From assembly GCA_023387755.1 (NCBI GenBank), contig JAEWHO010000030.1, forward strand, positions 3,802 through 67,801: a stretch of DNA of 64,000 bases, written 5' to 3'. The translations under genes were made by a program, and so were the position numbers. Under the pieces are notes generated by a model. It saw only the letters and a program-made list of their open reading frames with translations, did no database searches and was not told the origin of the DNA. Source of the DNA: Actinomycetes bacterium (GTDB lineage: Bacteria > Actinomycetota > Actinomycetes > Actinomycetales > Actinomycetaceae). The first letter of the stretch is position 1. Each line of letters begins with the position of its first letter. This document shows positions 30,045-40,097 of the stretch, piece after piece.

Positions 30045-31523
30045 CTAACGGAATGCGGGCGCGATTAGCGGCCAAGGATCGCGGACTTCCAGCAGCCGCG
30101 CCAAACGCAGGAGCAGCCCCTCCTCACCGGGCCGCACCGCGCCCACATGGACGCCGCACGGCAGCGGGGTATCAGTGGGATGAATAGGCACGGAGATCGC
30201 CGGCGCCCCCGTCATATTCCAAACACTCCCCCACGGTGTAAACCGTTTTTGGGCCTCAAAATCGGCTGCCGGGTCAGCCAGCTGCAGCTGTTCCGGGGGC
30301 ACGGCCGGGCTGCTGAGGGTGGGGCTAATAATGACGTCAAACTGCTTCCAGTGCCGGTAGATTTGCCGGCTGAGCCGCTGTAATTCAGTTATTGCCGCCG
30401 CATATTCTTGGCCGCTCACGCCCACCCCTTGTACCCGCAGCCACCGCGTAAGAGGCATGAGCTCACCCTCGCGTTCTGGCGGCACCGGTACACTGGCCGC
30501 CCCCACCGCCCACAGCGGCGTGAAGCTCTCCCACTGTTCGGCAGTGATCGCGCGGCTGGTTTCTTCCACCTCACACCCGGCTGCTTGCACATGCTCGATG
30601 GCGCGAGTGAGTGCCGCCCGTGTGCCCGGATGTAGCTCCACGTCGGGCACATTCAACGGTTCGGTCAGAACTCCGACTCGCACCGCCCGCCCGTGATGGC
30701 GCGCCAACTCCCCGGCCGCCTCGGCAGCGACCAGCGCGGCTGCCCACCCCTCGCCTTCCCCGCCGGGTGCGGTGAAGTAATCATCCGGCCCGGAGCCGGC
30801 AATCGCGTCCAACGCGAGCGCCGCATCGGTGACGGTGCGAGTAAGCACCCCGTCGGTCACTAGTCCCGGCCCGGCAGTGTTGTAGGGCCCGGGAGACACC
30901 CGCCCGCGGCTGGGTTTCAGCCCGACGACGCCGCAGCACGCTGCGGGGATGCGGATCGATCCGCCGCCGTCACTGCCGTGGGCCAGGGGCGTGTAGCCGG
31001 CGGCGAGGGCGGCGGCTGCGCCGCCGGAGGAGCCGCCCGCCGTCGTCGATATATCCCACGGATTGCGGGCCGGGCATTGCCCACGTGGCTCGGTATATGC
31101 GGGGAGTCCGAACTCGGGAGTGGTGGTTTTGCCGAGCATCACCGTACCGGCGTCCGCCAAGCGGGCGGCAATACCATCGGTTATCTGGGCCCGGTTTCCG
31201 CGCAGTATTGGCGTACCCGCTTCGAAGGGTTCCCCGGCCACCTGAGTGAGGTCTTTGATGGGGCAGGGCACTCCGAGCAGGGGCCGGGGATCGCCGTCGT
31301 GGATCGCCTGCCGGGCCGTTTCCGCATCCTGCAGTGCGCGCTCCCGGCTCACATGCACGAAAGCACCGGTGAGGTGGTTGGTGTCGTCAATGCGATCTAG
31401 CAAATGCCGGGTGACCTCAACGGGGTCCATATCCCCACGCCGATAGGCGGCGGCGAGTTCACTGGCGGACATGTGGGCGATCTGAGTGGGGAGGTCTCGC
31501 CCTGGCTCAGGTGACACAATCAT
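30045..31523 (-). CDS. Amidase (amidase-signature family)
   Basis: It has the AS-family GGSSGG block and a Ser-cisSer-Lys type sequence context. The start is ATG 31523 or 31472. The ORF track's start at 31565 would cover the upstream terminator hairpin. Confidence 0.8.
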   Translation of the reverse strand: MIVSPEPGRDLPTQIAHMSASELAAAYRRGDMDPVEVTRHLLDRIDDTNHLTGAFVHVSRERALQDAETARQAIHDGDPRPLLGVPCPIKDLTQVAGEPFEAGTPILRGNRAQITDGIAARLADAGTVMLGKTTTPEFGLPAYTEPRGQCPARNPWDISTTAGGSSGGAAAALAAGYTPLAHGSDGGGSIRIPAACCGVVGLKPSRGRVSPGPYNTAGPGLVTDGVLTRTVTDAALALDAIAGSGPDDYFTAPGGEGEGWAAALVAAEAAGELARHHGRAVRVGVLTEPLNVPDVELHPGTRAALTRAIEHVQAAGCEVEETSRAITAEQWESFTPLWAVGAASVPVPPEREGELMPLTRWLRVQGVGVSGQEYAAAITELQRLSRQIYRHWKQFDVIISPTLSSPAVPPEQLQLADPAADFEAQKRFTPWGSVWNMTGAPAISVPIHPTDTPLPCGVHVGAVRPGEEGLLLRLARLLEVRDPWPLIAPAFR

Positions 31524-31536
31524 GGTGATAAAACAC

Positions 31537-31567
31537 GTGTGCTGACACCGCTGAGGTGTCAGCACAC
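31537..31567 (-). terminator. Rho-independent terminator of the 31625-32410 gene
   Basis: It has a 13-bp stem (gtgtgctgacacc / ggtgtcagcacac) and a 5-nt loop. It is followed on the minus strand by GUGUUUUAU. Confidence 0.65.
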
Positions 31568-31624
31568 GCTGCTATTAGAGGACACAGGCACCAGCGGACG
31601 GCCCGAGGGCCGATTGCTGGCAGC

Positions 31625-32410
31625 CTAGCACTTGGCCGGCAGAAGTTTGGCAGCGCTGGTGAATTTCACGAATTCGCAGCTGCCATCAGGGTACGTGGTG
31701 GAGGTGTTATTGCCGCCGGCACCACAGCTGGAGCCATTGGACCCCTCGGCCGCAGTCGCGCCGGACTGGTAGGCCCAGTTAATCTCCGGGAAGCACAGCT
31801 GGTCGCCGGACTTCGCAATGTAGTAGTGCGGCTGATTGCGGGTCTTAGAGGTAGACTTGCGCAGCGGCACTCGCCATTTCAGCGTCCCGCCGGCCCCGCC
31901 GACGCCTGCGGCCTGAATGGTAGAGGTCATGGTGGCACCGGGGACGGCCCCAAAGGCGGCGGAGTCGTAGCCCAGAATCTTAGTGCAGCCATACGTGGCC
32001 CAATCGAAGTCGCGCCGGGCTGAGATCGTGACGATAGTGGTGTTCACCTGACCCGATACGCTGGAGGTCGCGCTGGCGGTCCAGTCACCGTTAGCGGCGT
32101 AAGACAAAATCTCCCTACCCCCGCCCGGGACGACGCCGGGCACGTAGGCGGTGGAACCATCCGCGGTGATGACGATCTCCACGCACTCACCCGCCCGCAT
32201 ACTACCCACAAAGGAGTAGTAAAGGCCCATAGTTTGACCGTTGATCGAACCGCCACCATAGTCGATGCGGCACAGGCTTCCCCCGCAAGGCACGGACGCG
32301 GCAGTAACTGGCGCAGTGGATGCCACTGCGATGATGGGCGCGGCCCACGCGGCCCCCTTAGCCAAGGCGCGCCGAGATATCTCCTGAGGGCGATCATGAG
32401 AAACAGACAT
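31625..32410 (-). CDS. Secreted Cys-rich protein of unknown function with twin-arginine signal peptide
   Basis: ATG at 32410 is preceded by AAGGAAC. The signal is SRRALAKGAAWAAPIIAVASTAPVTAAS. The mature part has 8 Cys and Gly/Ser/Thr-rich stretches, and I recognise no family. Confidence 0.6.
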   Translation of the reverse strand: MSVSHDRPQEISRRALAKGAAWAAPIIAVASTAPVTAASVPCGGSLCRIDYGGGSINGQTMGLYYSFVGSMRAGECVEIVITADGSTAYVPGVVPGGGREILSYAANGDWTASATSSVSGQVNTTIVTISARRDFDWATYGCTKILGYDSAAFGAVPGATMTSTIQAAGVGGAGGTLKWRVPLRKSTSKTRNQPHYYIAKSGDQLCFPEINWAYQSGATAAEGSNGSSCGAGGNNTSTTYPDGSCEFVKFTSAAKLLPAKC

Positions 32411-32906
32411 GAAATGTTCCTTCGCAATAAGAATCGTGTGGGTACCGGGCACAGCGGAGAGCTGAACGTCCCGTCCCGCAGAGCCCGAGCGACGCTTATT
32501 TTCAGCGCTGCTCATCACCTTTAACCATCGCTAATGACCGACCTTAACAAAAACTCAACTACCAGAACACTAGCTAAGACGTTTTTGTAATCACACTTAG
32601 CATTTATTCACATCCACAAGCCCTCGCCCGCCAGAGTTTGCCACACAGGCGGGACTTTTGCCCCATATCACCCGGAAACCCCGGCCCCCTCTCGGGCAAC
32701 CAAGCCGGATTACCCGCACGTGAGATTGGCTTGACAAACCAGCATTCATATGAGCTGATCCCGGTTTGCAAGGTTTTTACCTACATATGCTGGATAAATC
32801 CCTCAGCCTGTTGGGGGTGAGGTGACCGGCGTGCGTTTATTTTGCGGGCGCGGAATGAACAGGGCATGCTTTAACCACTACATTCGTCAGCGAGGAAGGA
32901 TCCCTC

Positions 32907-33158
32907 ATGGGCTTGTCCGATTTTGTTAATAAGGCCAAGGAGCAGCTGAACTCCGACAAGGCTGAGCAGATATCTGACTCTGCGCTCGATAAAGCTGCCC
33001 AGTTCGCCTCCGAAAAAACCGGCGGGAAGTACGACGACAAGATTCAGTCGGCACGCAACGCCATTGATGATCGCATCGGTAACGCCGGCCCCACTCCGGC
33101 CTCCGCTCCGACTGACACCCCGGAAATCCCGCAACAGGGCAGCGAGCCCACCCAGTAA
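32907..33158 (+). CDS. Small hydrophilic protein resembling the MT0933/Rv0909-like 'antitoxin' family
   Basis: The product is 83 aa. The sequence MGLSDFVNKAKEQLNSDKAEQ...KTGGKYDDKIQSARNAIDD matches the characteristic KTGGKYxDKI core of that family. A Pro-rich tail follows. GGAAGG lies upstream. Confidence 0.55.
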   Translation: MGLSDFVNKAKEQLNSDKAEQISDSALDKAAQFASEKTGGKYDDKIQSARNAIDDRIGNAGPTPASAPTDTPEIPQQGSEPTQ

Positions 33159-33209
33159 CGCGACGTCCCAGGAAGGTGGCGCTGGTTATCCAGCGCCACC
33201 TTCGTCGTT

Positions 33210-34454
33210 TTGGGGGCAACCCACTACCCTAGGCTTATGACCCCGCCCGGCCGGATGACCCACCCGCAGATGCAGCGCGCCCGTATAGCCGTCACAGTTC
33301 TGTTCTTTACCAATGGCGCAATCTTTGCCAACGTCCTGCCGCGATACCCGATGGTCAAGGATGAGCTGGCCGTCAATGCCGCCACCTTCGGCGCGCTCGT
33401 TGCCTGCTTCCCAGCCGGGGCGATGATCGCGGGGTTGGCCGCCGGGCGAGTTATTCGCCGATACTCCTCGGCCAGCACCGCCGTCGTCGGAACATATATC
33501 GTGGCCGCCGCCCTCGCCGGGGCCGCCCTCGCGCTCCAGATCCACCCGCTCCTTTTCGGGGCCGCCATGTTCCTCGGCGGGGCCGCCGACGCCATCGTGG
33601 ACGTCGCCCAAAACGCACACGGTATGCGCGTACAACGCCATTACGGCCGCTCGATTATTAACGGGTTTCACGCCGCCTGGTCCGCCGGAGCCGTCACCGG
33701 CGGGCTGTGTGGATCCGCCGCCCAAACCGCCGGCTTACCGCTGGTGGCCCACCTGGCGATATCGGGGATTATTTTTGCCGGGGCTGCCCTGGCGGTACGC
33801 AGATGGGCCCTGCCGGGTTTAGATACCGATGAGGTCACGCTCGACGACGCCGCGCCCGCTCGCCCCGCTGCCTCGCCGCGGCTATCCCAATCCGCAGGCA
33901 CCGTACTGGCAGCACTCGCGGTAGTGGCCCTGGCCGGGACCTTCGTTGAAGATGCCGGCAACACCTGGTCAGCCATCTATATGCGCGATGTTGCGCTGGC
34001 TCCCGGCCACCTCACCGGCCTAGCGTTCGTAGCTATGGTAGGCGCCCAGTTCGTGGGCCGCCTGACCGGGGATCGCCTGACTGACCGGTTCGGGGCCCGC
34101 GCGGTCGCCGTCGTCGGGGGTATCCTCATCGCTGCCGGGTTCATCCCCATGCTCACCTGGCCCCACGCCGCCTCCACGATCGCGGCCTTCACGCTAGCCG
34201 GATTCGGGTGCGCCACTCTAGTTCCAGCGGCCTTCGACGCCGCCGACCGGCTGCCCGGCCTACCGGTCGGCACCGGGCTAACGCTCATCGGTTGGCTTAT
34301 GCGCCTGGCTTTCCTGGCAGGGCCACCGGTGATCGGCTGGATTGCAGACGCCGTAAGCCTGCGTGCAGGCCTTGCGATTATCCCCATGGGTGCACTCGCT
34401 CTTTTATTCGCTTCTCGCGTCTTGCCAGGCCGCCATGGCAGACTTACCCCATGA
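33210..34454 (+). CDS. MFS transporter
   Basis: The product is about 400 aa with 12 predicted hydrophobic helices, Ala/Gly-rich. The stop overlaps the next gene's start (ATGA). Confidence 0.8.
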   Translation: MGATHYPRLMTPPGRMTHPQMQRARIAVTVLFFTNGAIFANVLPRYPMVKDELAVNAATFGALVACFPAGAMIAGLAAGRVIRRYSSASTAVVGTYIVAAALAGAALALQIHPLLFGAAMFLGGAADAIVDVAQNAHGMRVQRHYGRSIINGFHAAWSAGAVTGGLCGSAAQTAGLPLVAHLAISGIIFAGAALAVRRWALPGLDTDEVTLDDAAPARPAASPRLSQSAGTVLAALAVVALAGTFVEDAGNTWSAIYMRDVALAPGHLTGLAFVAMVGAQFVGRLTGDRLTDRFGARAVAVVGGILIAAGFIPMLTWPHAASTIAAFTLAGFGCATLVPAAFDAADRLPGLPVGTGLTLIGWLMRLAFLAGPPVIGWIADAVSLRAGLAIIPMGALALLFASRVLPGRHGRLTP

Positions 34455-36520
34455 CGAAATCTCCGGCCACCACTCCCACGCCAGCCCCCGCCGAGCATCT
34501 CGCCTTCCTGGATGAAATCGAGGGAGAGGCAGCCCTCGCCTGGGTGGACGAACGCCAAGCCGATGCCGATAGCCGCCTGGCAACCGCGCGTTTTAGGGAG
34601 CTGCAAACGGACATTCGCACCATCCTTGATTCTGACGACAAAATCCCCGGCGTCTCCGAGTGCGGCGAGTACCTCTATAACTTCTGGACCGACGCCGCCC
34701 ACCAGCGGGGCCTGTGGCGGCGGACCACGTGGGAGTCCTACCGTAGTGACAACCCGCAATGGGAGGTGCTGCTCGATATTGACGCTCTCAGTGAGGCCGA
34801 AGATACACAGTGGGTGTGGCACGGCGCCCAGGTGTTGCGCCCGAGCTGCACGCGCGCACTGGTGCATCTTTCGCGCGGCGGCTCCGATGCCGATATCACC
34901 CGTGAATTCGATCTTGAGACTAAGCAATTCCTGCCCGATGGGTTCTCCCGCGCCGAGTGTAAGGGCTTCATGGCGTGGGCGGACACTGCCGGGGATACCG
35001 TCCTCGTCGGGGCTGACTTCGGAGAGGGGACGCTCACAGACTCCGGCTATCCGCGGATCGTGAAGCGGGTGCGGCGGGGCCAGGATCTGGCCGACGGCGA
35101 GGTGCTGTTCACCGCAGACTCGACCGATATTTCCGCCGGGGCCAGTTACCACCGCCTGACCGGGCGCACCTTCGTTAGTAGCGCCGTCACCTTCTACACC
35201 AACCGCACCTATGACGTCACCTCCGGCGAACCGCTGCTTATCGACGTCCCCGAATCCGCCGACTGCCTCATCTGGCGTGACCACCTGCTGGTTTTACTGC
35301 GCCACGACTGGGAGGAGCTACAGGCTACTGCCGGGAGCGTGCTCGCTTTTGATTACGCCGATTTCCTGGCTGGTGGCCGGGATTGCACTACACTCTTCAC
35401 GCCCGATGATCACTCCACTATGGAGGACATCACCTGCACCCGCCATCACGTGCACATCACCGTCTTGCGGGACGTACACGCGCGCCCGTTCATCCACACC
35501 CCGCAGCCGGATGGCAGTTGGCACTCCCGCCCGCTCGACCTACCTGACACCCCGTTTGCCTCGCTCCACCTGGGCGCAGTCAATGCCGATGAGTCCGACG
35601 ATCTGTGGCTTTTCTCCGACTCCTTTACCACCCCCTCTAGCCTGCAGGTGGCACGCATTGATGAGGCCGGGCAGGTGCGCGAGCTGGAAACATTAAAGAC
35701 GCTGCCCGCCTATTTCGATGCCACCGGCGTTCAGGTGAGCCAGCATTTTGCGACGTCGTCGGACGGCACTCGCATCCCCTACTTTGTACTCACCCCACCC
35801 ACCGACGCCCCGGGCCCGCGCCCCACGTTGCTCTACGGGTACGGCGGTTTTGAAATTAGCCTGACCCCCGGGTATATGCCGGGTGTGGGTAAGGCGTGGC
35901 TGGAGCGCGGCGGTGTTTACGTGATCGCGAATATCCGCGGCGGCGGAGAGTACGGCCCGCGCTGGCACCAGGCGGCGCTGAAAGAAAATCGGCACCGCGC
36001 ATATGAAGATTTCGCGGCCGTCGCCCGGGATTTGGTGGAACGCGGCACGACGACGGCGTCCCAATTGGGGGCCATGGGAGGTTCTAACGGCGGTCTACTC
36101 ATGGGCATGATGCTCACCAAGTATCCCGAGCTGTTTGGGGCGATCGTATGCCAGGTGCCACTCCTGGATATGCGCCGCTACCACACACTGCTAGCCGGAG
36201 CCTCTTGGCAGGCCGAATACGGTAATCCCGATATTGACGAGCAGTGGGAGTTCATCCGCACCTTCTCGCCCTTCCACATCTTTGATCCGGAGGGCACCTA
36301 CCCGCCGGTCCTGTTCACCACCTCCACCCGCGATGACCGAGTACACCCGGCCCACGCCCGCACGATGGCATATCAGATGCTCGCGGCGGGTAAGGATGTG
36401 ACCTACGTGGAGAATAAGGAAGGCGGGCACGCCGGTGCCTCAACCAGCGAGCAGCGCGCACGGATGAGCGCCTACGCGTTCGAGTTCCTGTGGCAGAAGC
36501 TCTCCCCTTCCCACAGCTAG
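34451..36520 (+). CDS. Prolyl oligopeptidase family (S9) serine peptidase
   Basis: It has the catalytic Ser motif GGSNGGLL, a C-terminal Asp/His region (TSTRDDRVHP, GGHAG) and a beta-propeller-sized N-terminal half. ATG 34451 was chosen. The ORF track start at 34208 overlaps the MFS gene. Confidence 0.85.
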   Translation: MTKSPATTPTPAPAEHLAFLDEIEGEAALAWVDERQADADSRLATARFRELQTDIRTILDSDDKIPGVSECGEYLYNFWTDAAHQRGLWRRTTWESYRSDNPQWEVLLDIDALSEAEDTQWVWHGAQVLRPSCTRALVHLSRGGSDADITREFDLETKQFLPDGFSRAECKGFMAWADTAGDTVLVGADFGEGTLTDSGYPRIVKRVRRGQDLADGEVLFTADSTDISAGASYHRLTGRTFVSSAVTFYTNRTYDVTSGEPLLIDVPESADCLIWRDHLLVLLRHDWEELQATAGSVLAFDYADFLAGGRDCTTLFTPDDHSTMEDITCTRHHVHITVLRDVHARPFIHTPQPDGSWHSRPLDLPDTPFASLHLGAVNADESDDLWLFSDSFTTPSSLQVARIDEAGQVRELETLKTLPAYFDATGVQVSQHFATSSDGTRIPYFVLTPPTDAPGPRPTLLYGYGGFEISLTPGYMPGVGKAWLERGGVYVIANIRGGGEYGPRWHQAALKENRHRAYEDFAAVARDLVERGTTTASQLGAMGGSNGGLLMGMMLTKYPELFGAIVCQVPLLDMRRYHTLLAGASWQAEYGNPDIDEQWEFIRTFSPFHIFDPEGTYPPVLFTTSTRDDRVHPAHARTMAYQMLAAGKDVTYVENKEGGHAGASTSEQRARMSAYAFEFLWQKLSPSHS

Positions 36521-36704
36521 GAGAAGCTACCGAAGGCAGGGCCCCGTTTAGCCTTCCCGCACCTGTAACGTGCACGTGCGGCATCATCAACGACCGCAGA
36601 GCATACATGGTCGGCATGTGAGCAGAGCAACGCCACCCACACTAGGTTTTATCGACTTAGTGTCAATATAATGGCGGCAGCATATTTACCAGAAAGGATC
36701 TCTC

Positions 36705-37154
36705 ATGGACGCTGCCCCCACCCTCATCCGCTGGGCTGCCGGTTCCACTGCTGCCGGATTAGTCGCCGGTGTGGCGTATCGGGAACTGACCCGCTCCTTC
36801 GACGTCGTCCCCCACACCCAACTCTCGGTGGTGCACACTCACCTACTCACCTTGGGGACGGTGATGTTCCTCCTGTTCGCCGTCATCGAGCGCGTCTTCC
36901 ATTTTTCTGGCCACCGCCTCTACCGCCCATTCCTGTTCACCTACTGCGGCGGTTTCATTGTGACGACGGCGATGCAGTTCACCATCGGCACCCTGCAGCT
37001 CTACGGAAAGAGCCACTCTGCGGCATTGTCCGGCATCTCCGGGCTGGGGCATATCCTGCTCACGCTTGGGTTCGCGTTCTTCTTCATTGCGCTGCTGAAC
37101 GCTGTCAGTGAAAAGGATGCCCGCCCAGTTGCTCGTGATTCACGCGCTTCCTAG
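36705..37154 (+). CDS. Small 4-TM membrane protein (resembles DUF2871 family)
   Basis: The product is 149 aa with four hydrophobic helices and a conserved-looking YRELTR...VHTHLLTLG segment. AAAGGA SD lies upstream. Confidence 0.45.
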   Translation: MDAAPTLIRWAAGSTAAGLVAGVAYRELTRSFDVVPHTQLSVVHTHLLTLGTVMFLLFAVIERVFHFSGHRLYRPFLFTYCGGFIVTTAMQFTIGTLQLYGKSHSAALSGISGLGHILLTLGFAFFFIALLNAVSEKDARPVARDSRAS

Positions 37155-37228
37155 GCTAGATAGCAGCCGGCGGAGATTCCGCCGCTGCGCCGTTGCATAG
37201 ACGCAAGCGCCCTGAATGAAGGAGCGAT

Positions 37229-37672
37229 ATGTCCGAGCAGAAATCCCCATACATTGACGAAAGCATTGACCACGGCCCGCATCCGTACGTGGTGAACATC
37301 GAAGAAGAAACCCTCAATAACGAGCTGTTCCGCCAGACCATCTGGACCGGCAAGCATATCCAGGCAACCGTTATGACCATCCCCGTCGGCGGAGATATCG
37401 GCCTGGAAGTTCACGAGGAGAACGACCAGTTCATCCGTATCGAGCAGGGGCGCGGTCGCTGCCAGATGGGCCCGGCTGAGGACGACCTGTCCTTTGAGAA
37501 GGAAGTAGAGGATGATTGGTCCATCTTCGTTCCGGCCGGCCAGTGGCATAATGTCACCAATATTGGTGACGAACCGCTGAAGCTCTACACCGTCTACGGC
37601 CCGGCCGATCACCTGCCCGGTACCATCCATAAGACCCAGCAGGACGCCGAGGACGATCCGAACGAAGACTAG
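37229..37672 (+). CDS. Cupin domain protein
   Basis: It has cupin motif-like GLEVHEENDQFIRIEQG ... PAGQWHNVTNIG. The length is 147 aa. Confidence 0.7.
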   Translation: MSEQKSPYIDESIDHGPHPYVVNIEEETLNNELFRQTIWTGKHIQATVMTIPVGGDIGLEVHEENDQFIRIEQGRGRCQMGPAEDDLSFEKEVEDDWSIFVPAGQWHNVTNIGDEPLKLYTVYGPADHLPGTIHKTQQDAEDDPNED

Positions 37673-37681
37673 TCAATGACA

Positions 37682-37723
37682 ACGCGAATGGGCGGTGGGG
37701 GTATCCCCACCGCCCATTCGCGT
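37682..37723. terminator. Bidirectional terminator between the cupin gene and hspR
   Basis: It has a perfect 19-bp stem (acgcgaatgggcggtgggg / ccccaccgcccattcgcgt) with a 4-nt loop. It sits between convergent genes. Confidence 0.7.
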
Positions 37724-37834
37724 CTGTCGGCTCGCACCTGTCAGTTATTCGCCCTAGCTCGCCATTGGTCCGTCACCTCTTGCAAGCCGCCCCGTTCTGG
37801 GCCGGCGGTTGCACCGCAGGGTGGAGCCCTGTGT

Positions 37835-38284
37835 TCACCCCCAGTGGATGCTGCGCGAAGGGTGGATGATAAGTTCCTGCCCCGTGAGCGTGCGCACCCG
37901 CCGCCGCGTCCCCATGGGCACGACGACGACTTCCCCGGCCGGCCCGGCCGAGAACACCCGGTGTGACCGGCGCGCGTCGGCTTCTTCCCGCAGTCGCGCC
38001 ACCTCCCGGCGGGCCCGACGCAGCTCGCCGCGCAGCCGCATAATCTCGCGTATTCCCGCCAGGTTGATTCCTTCTTCCTGGGACAGGCGCTGGACTTCGC
38101 GCAGAGCTTCGACGTCATCGAGGGAATACCTACGGCCCCGGCCCCGAGTACGCGAAGGGATCACCAAACCCAGGCGGTCGTACTGGCGCAGGGTTTGCGG
38201 GTGCATTCCGGCCAGCTCGGCCGCCACCGAGATCACGAAGATCGGGGCGTCCGCAGGGGGTTGGGCGCGCTTATGCTCGGCCAC
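37835..38284 (-). CDS. hspR: MerR-family heat-shock repressor HspR
   Basis: It has a MerR HTH (ISVAAELAGMHPQTLRQYDRLGLV). It is the last gene of the dnaK-grpE-dnaJ-hspR operon. Confidence 0.88.
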   Translation of the reverse strand: MAEHKRAQPPADAPIFVISVAAELAGMHPQTLRQYDRLGLVIPSRTRGRGRRYSLDDVEALREVQRLSQEEGINLAGIREIMRLRGELRRARREVARLREEADARRSHRVFSAGPAGEVVVVPMGTRRRVRTLTGQELIIHPSRSIHWG

Positions 38285-38286
38285 GG

Positions 38287-39279
38287 TTACTCACCAGCCT
38301 GCCGGATCAAATCCGCGCGCGGGTCGGTGAAGCTGAGACTCTCAATCGCGGCCTTTTCCTCATCGCTGACCGTTTGCGGCACCACTACCTGGGTGGTGGC
38401 GAGCAGGTCACCGGTGCCGTTCTTGGTGGCAATCCCGCGCCCCTTCACCCGCAGCACGCGCCCGGAGGGAGTGCCCGGGCGGACCTTCACGCGGACGGTG
38501 CCGCCATCGAGGGTGGGCACAGGAACGGTAGCGCCAAGAGTGGCTTCCGCGAAGGTCAGTGGGAGGTCTACCCGCAGATCCTTACCGTCGGCGGTAAAAA
38601 CGGGATGCGGGGTTACGCTCACGCGCACGACCATATCCCCGTTCGGCCCGCCATGAGCACCGGGGTGGCCCTTGCCGCGCAGGCGGATCTTCTGCCCGTC
38701 TTTCACTCCCGCCGGGATACGCACATTGATGCTGCGGCCGCCTACCTGCAGACTCACCTGCGCACCGGCGACGGCCTCACGGAAACTAATGGTGGTGGCG
38801 GCGTTAAGGTCGGCGCCCTTTTCCGGTTGCCGGGAGAACCCGAATCCTCCGCCCCCAAAGTTTTGGGCGTCGAAGCCGCCCCGCTGGCTACCGCCAAACA
38901 TCTTTAGCAGATCATCGAGCGACGCCGCTCCCCCGCCCGAGGTCTGGAAGCGGCCACCGCCGCCCCCAAACATGCCGGAGAAGATATCTTCGAAACCGCC
39001 CGCTCCTGGCCCGCCGCTGCCAGCGGAGAAACGCGCTCCCCCACCGGCCATAGCGCGGATGGCATCATACTGCTGGCGCTGCTGGGCATCGGAGAGGACC
39101 GCGTAGGCCTCCCCCACGTCCTTGAAACGCTGCTCGGCGCTCGCATCTCCCGGGTTTTTATCCGGGTGGTACTGCCGCGCGAGTTTGCGGTAGGCCTTCT
39201 TAATGGCCGCGGGCTCGGCGTCCTTGGGCACACCTAAGATCGCGTAGAAGTCTTTATCCATCCAGTCTTGACTCGCCAA
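38287..39279 (-). CDS. dnaJ: J-domain co-chaperone DnaJ (no zinc-finger domain; CbpA-like architecture)
   Basis: It has a J-domain with YHPDKNP, a G/F-rich linker and C-terminal substrate-binding domains. The protein contains no cysteine at all. Confidence 0.9.
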   Translation of the reverse strand: MASQDWMDKDFYAILGVPKDAEPAAIKKAYRKLARQYHPDKNPGDASAEQRFKDVGEAYAVLSDAQQRQQYDAIRAMAGGGARFSAGSGGPGAGGFEDIFSGMFGGGGGRFQTSGGGAASLDDLLKMFGGSQRGGFDAQNFGGGGFGFSRQPEKGADLNAATTISFREAVAGAQVSLQVGGRSINVRIPAGVKDGQKIRLRGKGHPGAHGGPNGDMVVRVSVTPHPVFTADGKDLRVDLPLTFAEATLGATVPVPTLDGGTVRVKVRPGTPSGRVLRVKGRGIATKNGTGDLLATTQVVVPQTVSDEEKAAIESLSFTDPRADLIRQAGE

Positions 39280-39404
39280 GACGCCTCACCTCCTTTGATC
39301 GGTATTGCCGGTATCCCGGCTGTATTGAGTATCTGAAATGTTTTTCCTGCACTTGGTGGCGGTGCCGGGGGCATTGCCCCCGGCACCGGCCTGTAATGGT
39401 TCTG

Positions 39405-40097
39405 TCACTGTGGCGTCTGTACAGCCACACGTGCCGGACGCAAGATCGTCTCACCCATCTGGTAGCCGGGCTGCATCACCTGAGCAACCGTATCGACTTC
39501 CACTTCGCCAGGTGAGGCCATCAGCGCCTCGTGATGTTCGGGGTCGAAGGGATCGCCCGGAGCACCAAAGCGGGTCACCTGGAACCGCTGTTCCAGGATG
39601 TTTTCCAGCTTCTGCGCAAAGGTGGCGAAGGTGCCTTCCAAATCACCGTGTTGGCGAGCCAGTTCGATATCATCGAGCACCGAGAACAGCGCTTCGATGA
39701 CGGCGACCTTCCCGCTTTCGCGCACCGCCCCGGCTTCCTCCCGGGTACGCCGTACGAATCCGGCGTACTCCTGTTCGGTGTTGTACTGGGCAGCGCGAGC
39801 ACGGGCGAGATCATCGGACAGCCGCGCATTCTCGGCTTTCAGATCCGCGATCGACGGGCCCGCAGCTTCGGCCTCCGGGGCAGGTTTTGGCTGTTCCGGT
39901 GCTGGTTCATCTGCCTCGCTCGGCGTTGCCTGCCGAGTTGCCTCATCTGCCGCCGGAGCCGCCCCCTCCGGGGCCGTCGCGTCGGTCGCGGCCTGCGGGG
40001 CCGCGTCCGGCGTGGCCCCGGCCCCGTCAGACTTCGGGTCCGCGGCGGGCGGAGGCGGGGTCGCCTCCGCCGCGGCGTCGTCGTGAAATTCGGTCAC
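39405..40097 (-). CDS. grpE: Nucleotide exchange factor GrpE
   Basis: It has an acidic Ala/Pro-rich N-terminus followed by the GrpE core (FDPEHHEAL..., VMQPGY). The start overlaps the dnaK stop. Confidence 0.9.
   Translation of the reverse strand: MTEFHDDAAAEATPPPPAADPKSDGAGATPDAAPQAATDATAPEGAAPAADEATRQATPSEADEPAPEQPKPAPEAEAAGPSIADLKAENARLSDDLARARAAQYNTEQEYAGFVRRTREEAGAVRESGKVAVIEALFSVLDDIELARQHGDLEGTFATFAQKLENILEQRFQVTRFGAPGDPFDPEHHEALMASPGEVEVDTVAQVMQPGYQMGETILRPARVAVQTPQ

Noticed and set aside
33977-35284. A 435-aa ORF on the minus strand.
   Set aside because: It lies entirely antisense to two well-supported plus-strand genes (the MFS transporter and the S9 peptidase). It is Arg/Gly/Pro/Ala-rich and has no recognisable motif. 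It is a typical shadow ORF of GC-rich DNA.
36640-36704. A TATAAT hexamer at about 36666-36671 considered as a promoter for the DUF2871-like gene.
   Set aside because: A perfect -10 hexamer is present, but I could not identify a convincing -35 element at 16-18 bp. It is too weak to report as a feature.
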